Positions 63,222 to 64,000 of a stretch of DNA of 64,000 nt are shown here, piece by piece; the stretch's first letter is position 1, and each line of letters begins with the position of its first letter. The notes under the pieces were generated by a model that was not told where the DNA came from, ran no database searches, and saw only the letters and a list, made by a program, of their open reading frames with translations. The stretch comes from Malacoraja senta (Eukaryota), in assembly GCA_038087875.1 (NCBI GenBank), contig CM075996.1:6140001-6204000 (forward strand), given 5' to 3'. A program made the translations under genes and the position numbers.

Positions 63222-64000
63222 GCAGGTGGAATATGAGGTATTGTTCTTCTATTTTGCATTGGGTCTCGCCATGGCAGTGCAGAAGACCAAGAATTGACAT
63301 TATTATGGCAGTGGAGAGATGAAGTGGCTTGCATATGGGAGCACTTGGTCTTGCCGATGAAAGCATGAACTGGAGGGCATACTTTTAAGATGAAAGAGGG
63401 AACATTTGAAGGAGATGTATTTTTACACAGATGGTGGTGTGTTCCTGGAACACACTGCCAGGGATGGTGTGGGGGGCAGATATGTTCGTGGTGTTTAAGA
63501 AGCTTTTAGATTGTGAGGAATAATGGGTTACGGTTCAAGTGCAGGCAGATGGAATTACTTTAATTTGGCATCACGTTCGACACGTATCGCATTCGCTGCC
63601 TCAAAAAGGCTGGCAGTATCATCAAGGACCCACACCATCCTGGCCACACGCTCATCTCCCTGCTACCTTCAGGTAGAAGGTACAGGAGCCTGAAGACTTC
63701 AACGACCAGGTTCAGGAATAGCTACTTCCCCACAGCCATCAGGCTATTAAACTTGGCTCGGACAAAACTATGAACATTAATAGCCCATTATCTGTTATTT
63801 GCACTTTATCAGTTTATTTATTCATGTGTGTATATATTTATACGCTGATCTGTTTTGTAGTCAATGCCTTCTATGTTCTGTTGTGCTGAAGCAAAGCAAG
63901 AATTTCATTGTCCTATGACACATGACAATAAACTCACTTGAACAATCTTAAACATGGACATCATGGGCTGAATGGCCTGATCCTGTGCTGTACTGTTTCA

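Overview
Vertebrate nuclear DNA, most likely a cartilaginous fish (ray, skate or shark, judged from HE1-type SINEs, CR1 LINEs and abundant Penelope-derived repeats), with one 200-N assembly gap. Genes read by hand-splicing: (1) the 3' end of RBFOX2 (+), with both mutually exclusive B40-type and M43-type exons, two further exons, the terminal RFAPY exon and a ~3.3-kb repeat-free 3'UTR; (2) FMC1/C7orf55 (+, 2 exons, 110 aa); (3) two identical divergent tRNA-Leu(AAG) genes, plus a distant decayed copy; (4) a 4-exon HEBP1-like SOUL-family gene (+, 201 aa); (5) a probable terminal exon of an unidentified minus-strand coiled-coil/basic protein at 49204-49555. The rest is mobile DNA: two Tc1 (DD34E) elements, CR1, L2, Rex1-like and L1-like LINE pieces, Penelope-like elements, SINEs, hAT-like and Harbinger-like MITEs, and micro/minisatellites. 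Main leads: many dispersed Penelope-derived hairpin elements carrying a minimal hammerhead-ribozyme core with 10-16-bp target duplications; an open alternative reading frame across the last three RBFOX2 exons; a CCAAT/GC-box array and two-strand Kozak site in the FMC1 intron; a 59-bp target-site duplication; and a Tc1 transposase one codon from intact. No database searches were run; family names come from recalled motifs.
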